IMG/VR virus record: IMGVR_UViG_3300045988_128238
Span: 1 to 49,335 of that record
Source: a virus
Direction: 5' to 3' (one strand)
DNA length: 49,335 nt
Part shown: one piece after another, positions 1 through 6,639 of the stretch
Layout of the letters: every line of letters starts with the position of its first letter
Numbering within the stretch: the stretch's first letter is position 1
Position numbers and translations under genes: made by a program
The notes under the pieces: generated by a model
The model's input: only the letters and a program-made list of their open reading frames with translations
Databases searched by the model: none
Told to the model about the DNA's origin: nothing

Positions 1-55
1 AAAGAAGTGTCTCCATTCTTTTTCAACTCTATCCATTAGTCAGCACCTCTCAAAG
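1..55. repeat. Terminal overlap copy 1, identical to 49281-49335 (circular assembly closure)
   Basis: Exact 55/55 identity read directly. It contains the ATG and first 12 codons (MDRVEKEWRHFF) of the minus-strand gene 49005-49316. Confidence 0.95.
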
Positions 56-248
56 TATCATCAATAGCTCCTAGTAATTCCTCTAACTCTACCCATAGGT
101 CTTCTAAGTAGTCATCATTCTTATACTTCTTCAGTAACTTATTATAACTACCCTTAAACTTATGATAATACAAAGGATTACTTAACCTAATAGCTTCCAA
201 TTTAGTCTCAATGTTAGTTTTAAGACCTGCAATTTGTAGTTCAATCAT
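36..248 (-). CDS. Hypothetical protein (70 aa), first gene of the leftward operon
   Basis: ORF with GGAGG 7 nt upstream of the ATG. Its TAA overlaps the ATG of the wrap-around gene (TAATG). Confidence 0.7.
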   Translation of the reverse strand: MIELQIAGLKTNIETKLEAIRLSNPLYYHKFKGSYNKLLKKYKNDDYLEDLWVELEELLGAIDDTLRGAD

Positions 249-288
249 TGTAATTCCTCCAAAATATTAATATTGATTGACAGTTATT

Positions 289-297
289 ATTATACCA
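289..297 (-). promoter_or_regulatory. Extended -10 promoter (TGGTATAAT) for the leftward operon
   Basis: The minus strand reads tgtgGTATAAT about 40 nt upstream of ATG 248. The GTTGCAAC palindrome (318-325) lies just upstream. Confidence 0.55.
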
Positions 298-316
298 CAC
301 ATCAGCATGTATTTAT

Positions 317-431
317 GGTTGCAACTTGTAAAAATTTGAAAATAATATAGGGTTGCAATAGGGTTTAGGTTGCAAAAATATTTTAGGTGAATGTAGTAAA
401 GGTTGCAATTTGAAATTAGTTGAATGTAGTA
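317..431. repeat. Iteron cluster: GGTTGCAA x4 (317, 351, 368, 401), including a 33-bp tandem unit GGTTGCAA-N12-TGAATGTAGTA x2
   Basis: Exact 8-mers with spacings of 34, 17 and 33 bp. TGAATGTAGTA occurs at 388-398 and 421-431. Related sites: GGTTGCAT at 741-748 and the palindrome GTTGCAaaaTGCAAC at 6229-6243. Confidence 0.8.
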
Positions 432-1055
432 CGCCCCAAACGCTTTGAGCGTGGAAGTCCGAAAATACCTAGTATATATACAGACCATTGATTTTAATGG
501 ATTCTGTAGCTCTCAAACAAACATCTTTCCGAAAAATCATAATTTTCCAGAAACATATAGGAATAGGTTAAATCAGTGAAATCTATTGATACTAAAGGGA
601 TTGATACATGTTTGTGTTGATAAGCTACGTGCATTGATATGTTACAGACTATACCAATTTAAGCAGTGGTACCATTAACCTATTGATAGTACAGTATATT
701 ATATGATATGTTTTGTTATCATCATGTCATTACTTGGTAGGGTTGCATGGTTCTGTCTCTATGAAGTGCGTGCATAGGACTCTTTTTGTGATATATTTAA
801 TGGCCTTAAATACTCTTGATTATATCTCTACTATCCTTACTACTAACCTATTCATTCTTATACTCTACTCTTACTAACTTATATCCATAGCACGTCCATA
901 GACACCTCTAACAGCCCCTACAATCAATCCTAATACGTTTATAGTGTTATCATACCTATCTATACTTATAGGCTCTTATATTGGCTTATATTAGCTTATA
1001 CTTACTTATGCTTATTTTTTCTCTACTATATAATGATAATAAATAGTGTTTATTA

Positions 1056-1117
1056 ATAAGATACTGTTTAGTGTATGGACGAGTGAAACGAGTCTATACG
1101 CTTAAACTGTATCTTAT
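1056..1117. repeat. 62-nt imperfect palindrome carrying ATAAGATAC(T/A)GT boxes on both arms
   Basis: The left arm ATAAGATACtGTTTA..GTAT.GAC pairs with the right arm GTC.ATAC..TAAACaGTATCTTAT (about 22 paired positions). Confidence 0.7.
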
Positions 1118-1295
1118 ATAGATAATATAATGTATTATGTTTTGTTTGGGAGTTGATAAGCTACAAGGGGTCACGACCTTGTGAGGTCGTTCCCTAGCTA
1201 TACTTTTCTACTATAAATACACTAGCCCAAAACAAAAACAGAAAACAGAATCAAAAAGGTCATAAAATAAATTTTAAACTTTTTTCAAAAACCTA

Positions 1296-1324
1296 TTGAC
1301 ATTAGATACAAGATACTGTATAAT
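1296..1324 (+). promoter_or_regulatory. Early promoter P1 (TTGACA-17-TATAAT)
   Basis: Perfect consensus hexamers with a 17-nt spacer, 50 nt upstream of the SD and ATG at 1377. The spacer contains AAGATACTGT. Confidence 0.85.
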
Positions 1325-1376
1325 AGTTAGTGTAAGTTAGTTAATGACTTACAAATAAAGAAAGGAGTCATAACAA

Positions 1377-1592
1377 ATGGCTAAACTAAATGAATACACT
1401 AATTTATATGATTGGTGTGATAATCACCAAGGGAAAACCCTTGATAACCGTCACCGTAAAATGTGGGAAGAAGCAGGTAAGCTGATTCTTTCTATCCACA
1501 ACATGAACATTGAAATCTGGGAATGTGATAATACACTTATCACAATTCGCACATATGCAACAGGGTGCTTTAAAATCCTAGACGTACAATAA
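1377..1592 (+). CDS. Hypothetical early protein (71 aa)
   Basis: ORF with AAAGGAG 8 nt upstream. Confidence 0.7.
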   Translation: MAKLNEYTNLYDWCDNHQGKTLDNRHRKMWEEAGKLILSIHNMNIEIWECDNTLITIRTYATGCFKILDVQ

Positions 1593-1603
1593 AGGGGGAT
1601 AAA

Positions 1604-1789
1604 ATGAAACAATGTTTAATTAATGGTGTTAGCGTCAATTATTTACCTTATGGTGACGCTATATTAATCATGGAAAGTATCACTAAGTTCAACATGATGA
1701 ATGGATTGATTATCCCATACCATCAAATCAAAGATGGTGTATACACTTGGCGAGGTGAACAGTACACTATCAAATTTATGGATAACTAG
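1604..1789 (+). CDS. Hypothetical early protein (61 aa)
   Basis: ORF with AAGGGGG SD. Confidence 0.65.
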   Translation: MKQCLINGVSVNYLPYGDAILIMESITKFNMMNGLIIPYHQIKDGVYTWRGEQYTIKFMDN

Positions 1790-1801
1790 TAAAAGCTAGC
1801 T

Positions 1802-1821
1802 GAGAACTTGCAAGGGTTCTC
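1802..1821 (+). promoter_or_regulatory. RNA hairpin GAGAAC-UU-GCAA-GG-GUUCUC (GNRA tetraloop)
   Basis: 6 Watson-Crick pairs plus 2 U.G pairs close a GCAA loop, 12 nt after the stop codon. The U.G pairs form only on the plus strand. Confidence 0.6.
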
Positions 1822-1880
1822 TATCCTTAGGGCTTGTAAAAGTCTAATAAAATTAAATTTAAAAAATGTACACAAAACTG

Positions 1881-1909
1881 TTGACATAAGATACAGTATG
1901 GTGTATAAT
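1881..1909 (+). promoter_or_regulatory. Early promoter P2 (TTGACA-17-TATAAT)
   Basis: Perfect consensus. The spacer contains ATAAGATACAGT. Confidence 0.85.
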
Positions 1910-1957
1910 GAATATGTAAATAAGGAAAGGGAGCTACAAAGAGTAGCTCAATGGTAA

Positions 1958-2242
1958 ATGAAAATGGAAAACAAAGAACTTAAATTCAGTTACTCAAACG
2001 CAGAACTTTATATCTCTAAATATAATGTATATGGCAGTCGCTTGTTCCTCTTGGTTGACATTGTGAATGATACAATGTATTCAGGGTGGACAGCAAGCAC
2101 AGTGGCTACTCCTCGATACGCTGAATATCACGTACTTGAAAACGTTACTCAGAAAGAGGTTAAACGTATTAAAGCACAAAAAGAAGCTATTGGCTTTAAA
2201 GAACTCACTGATGATGAGTTTAAAGAAGCCATCAAATATTAA
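1958..2242 (+). CDS. Hypothetical early protein (94 aa)
   Basis: ORF downstream of P2. The SD is weak, so the start is uncertain (ATG 1958 or 1967). Confidence 0.6.
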   Translation: MKMENKELKFSYSNAELYISKYNVYGSRLFLLVDIVNDTMYSGWTASTVATPRYAEYHVLENVTQKEVKRIKAQKEAIGFKELTDDEFKEAIKY

Positions 2243-2266
2243 ACCCCTTTAGGTTAAAGCCTAACT

Positions 2267-2286
2267 CTTATCTTGCAAGGGATAAG
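2267..2286 (+). promoter_or_regulatory. RNA hairpin CUUAUC-UU-GCAA-GG-GAUAAG (GNRA tetraloop), nested in outer helix 2243-2291
   Basis: It has the same UUGCAAGG apex as hairpin 1802-1821 but a completely different, compensating stem. Confidence 0.6.
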
Positions 2287-2495
2287 GGGGTATATTAGAT
2301 TAGCTATCTAAGGAGCTATCAATAATCTAGTGACTACCCTAATTAAGATATTAGGCATAGAGCTAGTGAGACAAGCCAAAATCAAGCTACAATGTTGTTA
2401 ATAACTTTAGAATACTTTGGTAACTTGGGAACAACTGTTACACTGAACAGATAAGACAAATGAAATAAAGAAAACAATTAAGAGAGGTATTACAA

Positions 2496-2810
2496 ATGAA
2501 AATGCAAGCAACAAACTATACTTTGACAAGATTGACAAAGAAAGCTATTAAATTTGAAAAGGATTTAAAAGAAGGCACTGTGTCAGTGTCTAGCCTTGAT
2601 AATATCAGGGAGTTTATGTTATTAATTGAAGGTCTATTTGGCATTAGTAACAAAGCCAAGGAAGTAATAGATGATATTTTACTTGATTGTCTTTTGGCTA
2701 GTGACAAATTTAAACCAGATATGGATGATGAGTCTATGTCTAAAAGAATCCATAATATCCGAATCGACGTAATAGGGTTATTGAGAGAGGAAAAAATTGA
2801 TATTTTTTAA
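2496..2810 (+). CDS. Hypothetical early protein (104 aa)
   Basis: ORF with AGAGAGG SD. Confidence 0.65.
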   Translation: MKMQATNYTLTRLTKKAIKFEKDLKEGTVSVSSLDNIREFMLLIEGLFGISNKAKEVIDDILLDCLLASDKFKPDMDDESMSKRIHNIRIDVIGLLREEKIDIF

Positions 2811-2819
2811 ATTTATCTA

Positions 2820-2848
2820 TTGACATATAGTACAATATAGTGTATCAT
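2820..2848 (+). promoter_or_regulatory. Early promoter P3 (TTGACA-17-TGtTATCAT)
   Basis: Consensus -35, 17-nt spacer and an extended -10-like TG. Confidence 0.7.
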
Positions 2849-2883
2849 ATAATTAAGCTTAAGAAATAAAGGAGATAAACAAA

Positions 2884-3258
2884 ATGAGTAAACAACTTGA
2901 AACAATCATCAATAAAGCTGTAAAAGAAGGATTTGCAAACAAAAACAGTCGTATGTTCTTTGGTCAAGGGTACTATGGTGAGCTTGAATCACAATGGCAA
3001 GCACGTTATAACAAAGAAACTGACGTGTTTGAGATAGACCATTGGGGTACTAACTTGGTTATTATTGAGCAATTCAGCACATTTCCTTTGGTTGCTCACA
3101 TTTACGGTCAATCAAAGTCTGACCGTGATGCATTGGTTCAACTCTTTGATTATTGTGGTCGTAATGACTTTTATGTTAGTTATAAGCCTAGTCGTGATGA
3201 ATTTCACGTAAAGGCTCAATTTGTAGGTAAGAAGACACTAGAGGAATATATCATCTAA
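2884..3258 (+). CDS. Hypothetical early protein (124 aa)
   Basis: ORF with AAAGGAG SD. Confidence 0.7.
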   Translation: MSKQLETIINKAVKEGFANKNSRMFFGQGYYGELESQWQARYNKETDVFEIDHWGTNLVIIEQFSTFPLVAHIYGQSKSDRDALVQLFDYCGRNDFYVSYKPSRDEFHVKAQFVGKKTLEEYII

Positions 3259-3407
3259 TGGTCTTGATTGTAGTTAAGCATAAGTATAAAGGTATTCTAT
3301 CAATATCAGAATACCCTAGTATAAAAGTAGCTGAGAAAGAATATAAAAAGCTCTTTCCTGATACTTTTGATGAGTTGTCAATAATTGAAGCTACAGAATA
3401 TCTGTAG
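3258..3407 (+). CDS. Small hypothetical protein (49 aa)
   Basis: The ATG overlaps the upstream TAA (TAATG coupling). Hand-translated; below the ORF-track cutoff. Confidence 0.4.
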   Translation: MVLIVVKHKYKGILSISEYPSIKVAEKEYKKLFPDTFDELSIIEATEYL

Positions 3408-3433
3408 TTAATGAATGAATAAGGAGTTTTGTA

Positions 3434-3508
3434 ATGTTGGGTTGTTTAGTGTTGGGGTCAATGGTGTTGTTAGTGTTGGGGGTTGATTATGGAAAACTTT
3501 ATTATTAA
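3434..3508 (+). CDS. 24-aa hydrophobic mini-ORF (MLGCLVLGSMVLLVLGVDYGKLYY)
   Basis: AAGGAG lies 7 nt upstream. It overlaps the next ATG (3489) by 20 nt and sits in a G/T-only repeat (TTAGTGTTGGGG x2). Confidence 0.35.
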   Translation: MLGCLVLGSMVLLVLGVDYGKLYY

Positions 3509-3725
3509 TTTAGCAAATGGTGATAAATTTCACCTAAAGACAGAATATAAAAGAATATCAATAACAAATAAAATGGCTCTATATTATTATATAGAGGTGT
3601 TCAGTCAGTGTTCTCGTAAAGAGATAGCTGAAATAAGAAAACCTATTTCAGATAGTGAGCTAAGTGACTGTAGTTTGATTATTACTGTTACAAAAGCTAT
3701 GGTTAAACGATTTAACAAAATTTAA
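3489..3725 (+). CDS. Hypothetical protein (78 aa from ATG 3489)
   Basis: ORF-track frame 3483-3725. ATG 3489 preferred over TTG 3483. Confidence 0.55.
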   Translation: MENFIINLANGDKFHLKTEYKRISITNKMALYYYIEVFSQCSRKEIAEIRKPISDSELSDCSLIITVTKAMVKRFNKI

Positions 3726-3736
3726 GGAGAGATAAA

Positions 3737-3904
3737 ATGCTTAATCTATTTAAGAAACAAGAAAATAAAGAGGTGTATCACGCACCCTATAGACCTAGTT
3801 GGGAAGAATCAGCTAGGGCATGGGAGCAGTCTCATATTGCTCATAAAAAGGCTTTTGAGAGCCTTAAACATGACCTAAGTAGTAATACACTACCTAGGGT
3901 CTAG
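3737..3904 (+). CDS. Small hypothetical protein (55 aa)
   Basis: AAGGAGA 7 nt upstream. Hand-translated. Confidence 0.55.
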   Translation: MLNLFKKQENKEVYHAPYRPSWEESARAWEQSHIAHKKAFESLKHDLSSNTLPRV

Positions 3905-4022
3905 GATTGATTACAAGCCATTTTAGAGGGGTTTAAGACACACTAGAAAGGCTAGCTCTAGACTGTCAGGGGTCTAGGTGTCATAAGCTAGGATACTAGC
4001 TATTAAATTTAAGGAGTTATAA

Positions 4023-4439
4023 ATGATTATTGAAACCAAGCGAAAACATAGGGTTTATAAAGACCCTATTATTATCTATGAGTATCAGACTAATAGGGAG
4101 AGAGGGTTAATTGAAAAGACACCTATCTATGTAATTGAAAGAGCAAATTCTTTCAAGATTGTAGCTCAAAAAGGTATTAGATACTTTACTTATAGGTTTA
4201 AGTCTATTCTTAAGAAAGAAGAATCTGGAATTGTTCTTAAAAGTCCTCTACAAAATAATAGCTTTTTATATCTATTAGCAGATGATGATAGTAAGGCAAA
4301 GGAACTCTTTTTAGAACACTTTGACAAGCTCGAAGAGGAAGAAAAGAACAAGCTAGCACAAGCCAAAGCGATTTATAACCGTGAAATTGCTGTTTTAGAC
4401 TGCTTAAGCTTGCTTGAAATTAGAGAGGATAGAGAATGA
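4023..4439 (+). CDS. Hypothetical protein (138 aa)
   Basis: ORF with AAGGAG SD. Confidence 0.7.
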   Translation: MIIETKRKHRVYKDPIIIYEYQTNRERGLIEKTPIYVIERANSFKIVAQKGIRYFTYRFKSILKKEESGIVLKSPLQNNSFLYLLADDDSKAKELFLEHFDKLEEEEKNKLAQAKAIYNREIAVLDCLSLLEIREDRE

Positions 4440-5455
4440 CTTTAGAAACAATCGAATCTAAACAAGTTAAGGACTATATGACAAAATATGGTCTTACTAA
4501 CAAGGTCTTTGCAAAGGCTTTGGGAGTAAGTCCTTATGCTATTAATCAGTGGAAGCAAAGAGGACTAACAAGCAAGACAAAGAATTTCAGGAAACTACAA
4601 AGGGTGCTGAAACTAGATTTCTACCGTGACAATGTAGTTGATGTTCCTGATGAGTTGCCTTGTGGTAATACTTGGTCAGTAAGTAGAGTTAATAAGTGGC
4701 TTGAAAGTCCTTGGGATTTTTACTGTCACTATATTAAAGGTCTATCAAAGCCTAGTCCTTGGCAAGACGCTTTAGATAGAGGGACAACATTACACCATAT
4801 TCTTGAATGTATCGGTAATGGTGTGAGCTTACATAGTATTCTATTGTCCATTGATACTTGGGCAAATAAAGAAGGCTTGTCAGAAAAAGGTGTTGCTGAC
4901 GGTATCCGTGTAGCTGAAAAATATCTTAATCATTACAATGGTGTAGAATCCATTGGAACAGTCATAGAGACTGAGAAATTAATTGAGTGGGATTTATCTG
5001 AATATCTCCCAGGACAGCATTTTCAAGGCTATATAGACGCTGTAGTTGTGGATTCTGACGGTGGAATATGGTTGGTCGATTATAAGACATACAGCAATAA
5101 ACCACGCTTTGAGAACCTACGCTTAGAACTACAGTGTAATGTTTATATGTACGTTATGAAAGAAATTCTAGGTTATAACGTGCAAGGGTTTGTCTATGAC
5201 TGTATCAATCCAAAAGAAAAAATCACTGGTCGTGGGTATCATTTTCATCAGTTCAAAATCAACTACAATGAAAAAATTGTTAATAAAGTAGTTGAGGACT
5301 TTCTTTCTACGATTGAAATTATTATCAACAATCCTGATTATAATATATTCAAAAAGTCAGACTATGGCACACCTTACATGGATGAACTTGTTCATGGTTT
5401 TGAAGAAGAAAACAGAATCAAGATTACAGGAATCGAGGAAGAAGAATATGAATAG
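4436..5455 (+). CDS. HTH-fused PD-(D/E)XK (RecB/Cas4-like) exonuclease
   Basis: N-terminal HTH-like segment LTNKVFAKALGVSPYAINQW. Nuclease motifs GYIDAV ... LVDYKT and QCNVY (QxxxY). No Cas4-type Cys cluster. Confidence 0.7.
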   Translation: MTLETIESKQVKDYMTKYGLTNKVFAKALGVSPYAINQWKQRGLTSKTKNFRKLQRVLKLDFYRDNVVDVPDELPCGNTWSVSRVNKWLESPWDFYCHYIKGLSKPSPWQDALDRGTTLHHILECIGNGVSLHSILLSIDTWANKEGLSEKGVADGIRVAEKYLNHYNGVESIGTVIETEKLIEWDLSEYLPGQHFQGYIDAVVVDSDGGIWLVDYKTYSNKPRFENLRLELQCNVYMYVMKEILGYNVQGFVYDCINPKEKITGRGYHFHQFKINYNEKIVNKVVEDFLSTIEIIINNPDYNIFKKSDYGTPYMDELVHGFEEENRIKITGIEEEEYE

Positions 5456-5825
5456 GCTGAAAGAGTTACGCAAAGAAAAAAAGTTATATCAGAAAATGGT
5501 AGCTAAAATTTTTGGGGTCGACGTAAGAACGTGGCGACGTTGGGAATGTGGAGAAGCTCAAATTAGAACCGACAAATTAAAGGAATTTGCTGATTATTTT
5601 GAGGTGACAGAAGGGTATTTGCTTGGATATACCAACAACCGTTTGAGTGATAATAAGAAAAAATTTCATGAATTTTATGATGGTCGAGAGGGTTCAGCAG
5701 TTGATAAACTTAATGAGTTAACCAAAAACAGCAAAGGAAAAATCAATGTTGTAGGGTATCAACTCATACCTGATGATATTAACGGCTACCCTATTACTTA
5801 TATTCTAGTTGAAGAGGATGAATAA
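5448..5825 (+). CDS. XRE-family HTH regulator (125 aa)
   Basis: LYQKMVAKIFGVDVRTWRRWECGE...GYLLGY. Internal ATG 5448 follows GAGGAAG. The longer track ORF (5292) overlaps the nuclease gene. Confidence 0.75.
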   Translation: MNRLKELRKEKKLYQKMVAKIFGVDVRTWRRWECGEAQIRTDKLKEFADYFEVTEGYLLGYTNNRLSDNKKKFHEFYDGREGSAVDKLNELTKNSKGKINVVGYQLIPDDINGYPITYILVEEDE

Positions 5826-5974
5826 TGAAAGATAAAATAATTCCTATGTTGATTATACTAGGCTTTTCAACATTTTTTGTTGATGATGAAAAAAGTTTCT
5901 ATAGTTGGTTTTCTTGGGCAGGCTTATTTGTAGGTATCAGTTTGTTAGCACTTTATATATCAGGGAGTATTTGA
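5825..5974 (+). CDS. Small membrane protein (49 aa, 2 predicted TM)
   Basis: TAATG coupling to the upstream gene. Hydrophobic segments IIPMLIILGFSTFF and WAGLFVGISLLALYI. Confidence 0.45.
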   Translation: MKDKIIPMLIILGFSTFFVDDEKSFYSWFSWAGLFVGISLLALYISGSI

Positions 5975-6208
5975 TTGAAAAAAGAATTTTTGAATGATGA
6001 AGAAGCAGTAAAAAAATTTTGGGATAATGTTGTAGATATGTGTAACCGTAGAGGAACTACAATTACTAAACTATCACTTAAGTTAGGTAAATCACCTAAC
6101 CATATCTCAAACTTAAAAAGTCAAGGAATAAATCCGACTTTAGTAAAAATAAAAAATATTGCTGAAGCCTTACATATAGGCATTACAACACTTTTTAAAG
6201 GAATATGA
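5975..6208 (+). CDS. XRE-family HTH protein (77 aa, TTG start)
   Basis: GTTITKLSLKLGKSPNHISNLKSQ ... IAEALHIGITTLF. Confidence 0.65.
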   Translation: MKKEFLNDEEAVKKFWDNVVDMCNRRGTTITKLSLKLGKSPNHISNLKSQGINPTLVKIKNIAEALHIGITTLFKGI

Positions 6209-6229
6209 AAAAAATTTTTAGTTTAGGGG

Positions 6230-6258
6230 TTGCAAAATGCAACTCTTAGTGATACAAT
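6230..6258 (+). promoter_or_regulatory. Promoter TTGCAA-17-TACAAT overlapped by palindrome GTTGCAaaaTGCAAC (6229-6243)
   Basis: Hexamers and spacing read directly. The palindrome shares its half-site with the 317-408 iterons. Confidence 0.6.
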
Positions 6259-6301
6259 AAAATGGTATTAAGATAAAACAAATAAGGAGACATTATCATA
6301 G

Positions 6302-6463
6302 ATGGATATTATTAACTACATTGTAGCTCATCCGTTGTATTGCCTTGGTTTAACTTTCCTAGTTATTGTAGCTTGGAATCTATCAGGGTTTAATAGTACA
6401 GCTACAAACAACAAACGTAGTGCATTAATTGATAAGCACTATAGAAAAAATTTCAAAAAATAA
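6302..6463 (+). CDS. Small membrane protein (53 aa)
   Basis: AAGGAG 9 nt upstream. TM segment PLYCLGLTFLVIVAW. Confidence 0.5.
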   Translation: MDIINYIVAHPLYCLGLTFLVIVAWNLSGFNSTATNNKRSALIDKHYRKNFKK

Positions 6464-6639
6464 TTTTAGGGATTTATTCCCTACTAAGACAGCAAAGGTT
6501 AAAGCACAACTGTTCTAAAACTAATTTTACCTTTCTTTACTTCATAACGTACATTTCATTTGTCTTAAGTGCTACAGGGGTTCAACTCCCTTGGCTGTCA
6601 TTACCTTTAAGGTAAAAAATTTTTAAAGGAGTAAACCTA

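Noticed and set aside
1-55. 55-bp repeat as a biological direct terminal repeat
   Set aside because: It falls in the middle of a coding sequence and at an operon junction, and its length equals a common assembler k-mer. It is treated as a circularisation artefact pending read-level analysis.
368-431. Possible CRISPR-like array (33-bp period repeats)
   Set aside because: There are only two units. The 'spacer' is 12-13 nt, and no cas genes or leader are present. It is an iteron-type tandem repeat.
267-488. 73-aa minus-strand ORF from the six-frame track
   Set aside because: It lies entirely in the iteron/promoter region and has no SD. Its composition is dictated by the repeats (Cys/Tyr/Phe-rich nonsense), and it overlaps the predicted leftward promoter.
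3446-3480. G-quadruplex in the GTGTTGGGG repeats
   Set aside because: Only three runs of three or more G are present (GGG, GGGG, GGGGG), with long loops. This does not meet a four-tract G4 pattern.
5292-5447. N-terminal extensions of the track ORFs 5292-5825 and 7774-8058
   Set aside because: The extensions overlap the 3' ends of the preceding genes in another frame and encode low-complexity sequence. Internal ATGs (5448 and 7852) directly precede the HTH domains.
5448-6208. Lysogeny switch (CI/Cro-like pair) and temperate lifestyle
   Set aside because: The HTH genes are co-directional rather than divergent. No integrase, recombinase, excisionase or partition gene was found in any frame.
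6487-6600. tRNA-like signature: T-arm-like AGGGG-TTCAACT-CCCTT with complementary ends GACAGC/GCTGTC
   Set aside because: The span is about 113 nt, and I could not build D or anticodon arms, because no complementary anticodon stem exists. It is more likely a structured 5' leader or terminator region (TTACCtttaaGGTAA followed by an A/T run) ahead of gene 6640. A tRNAscan-SE or Infernal run would settle it.
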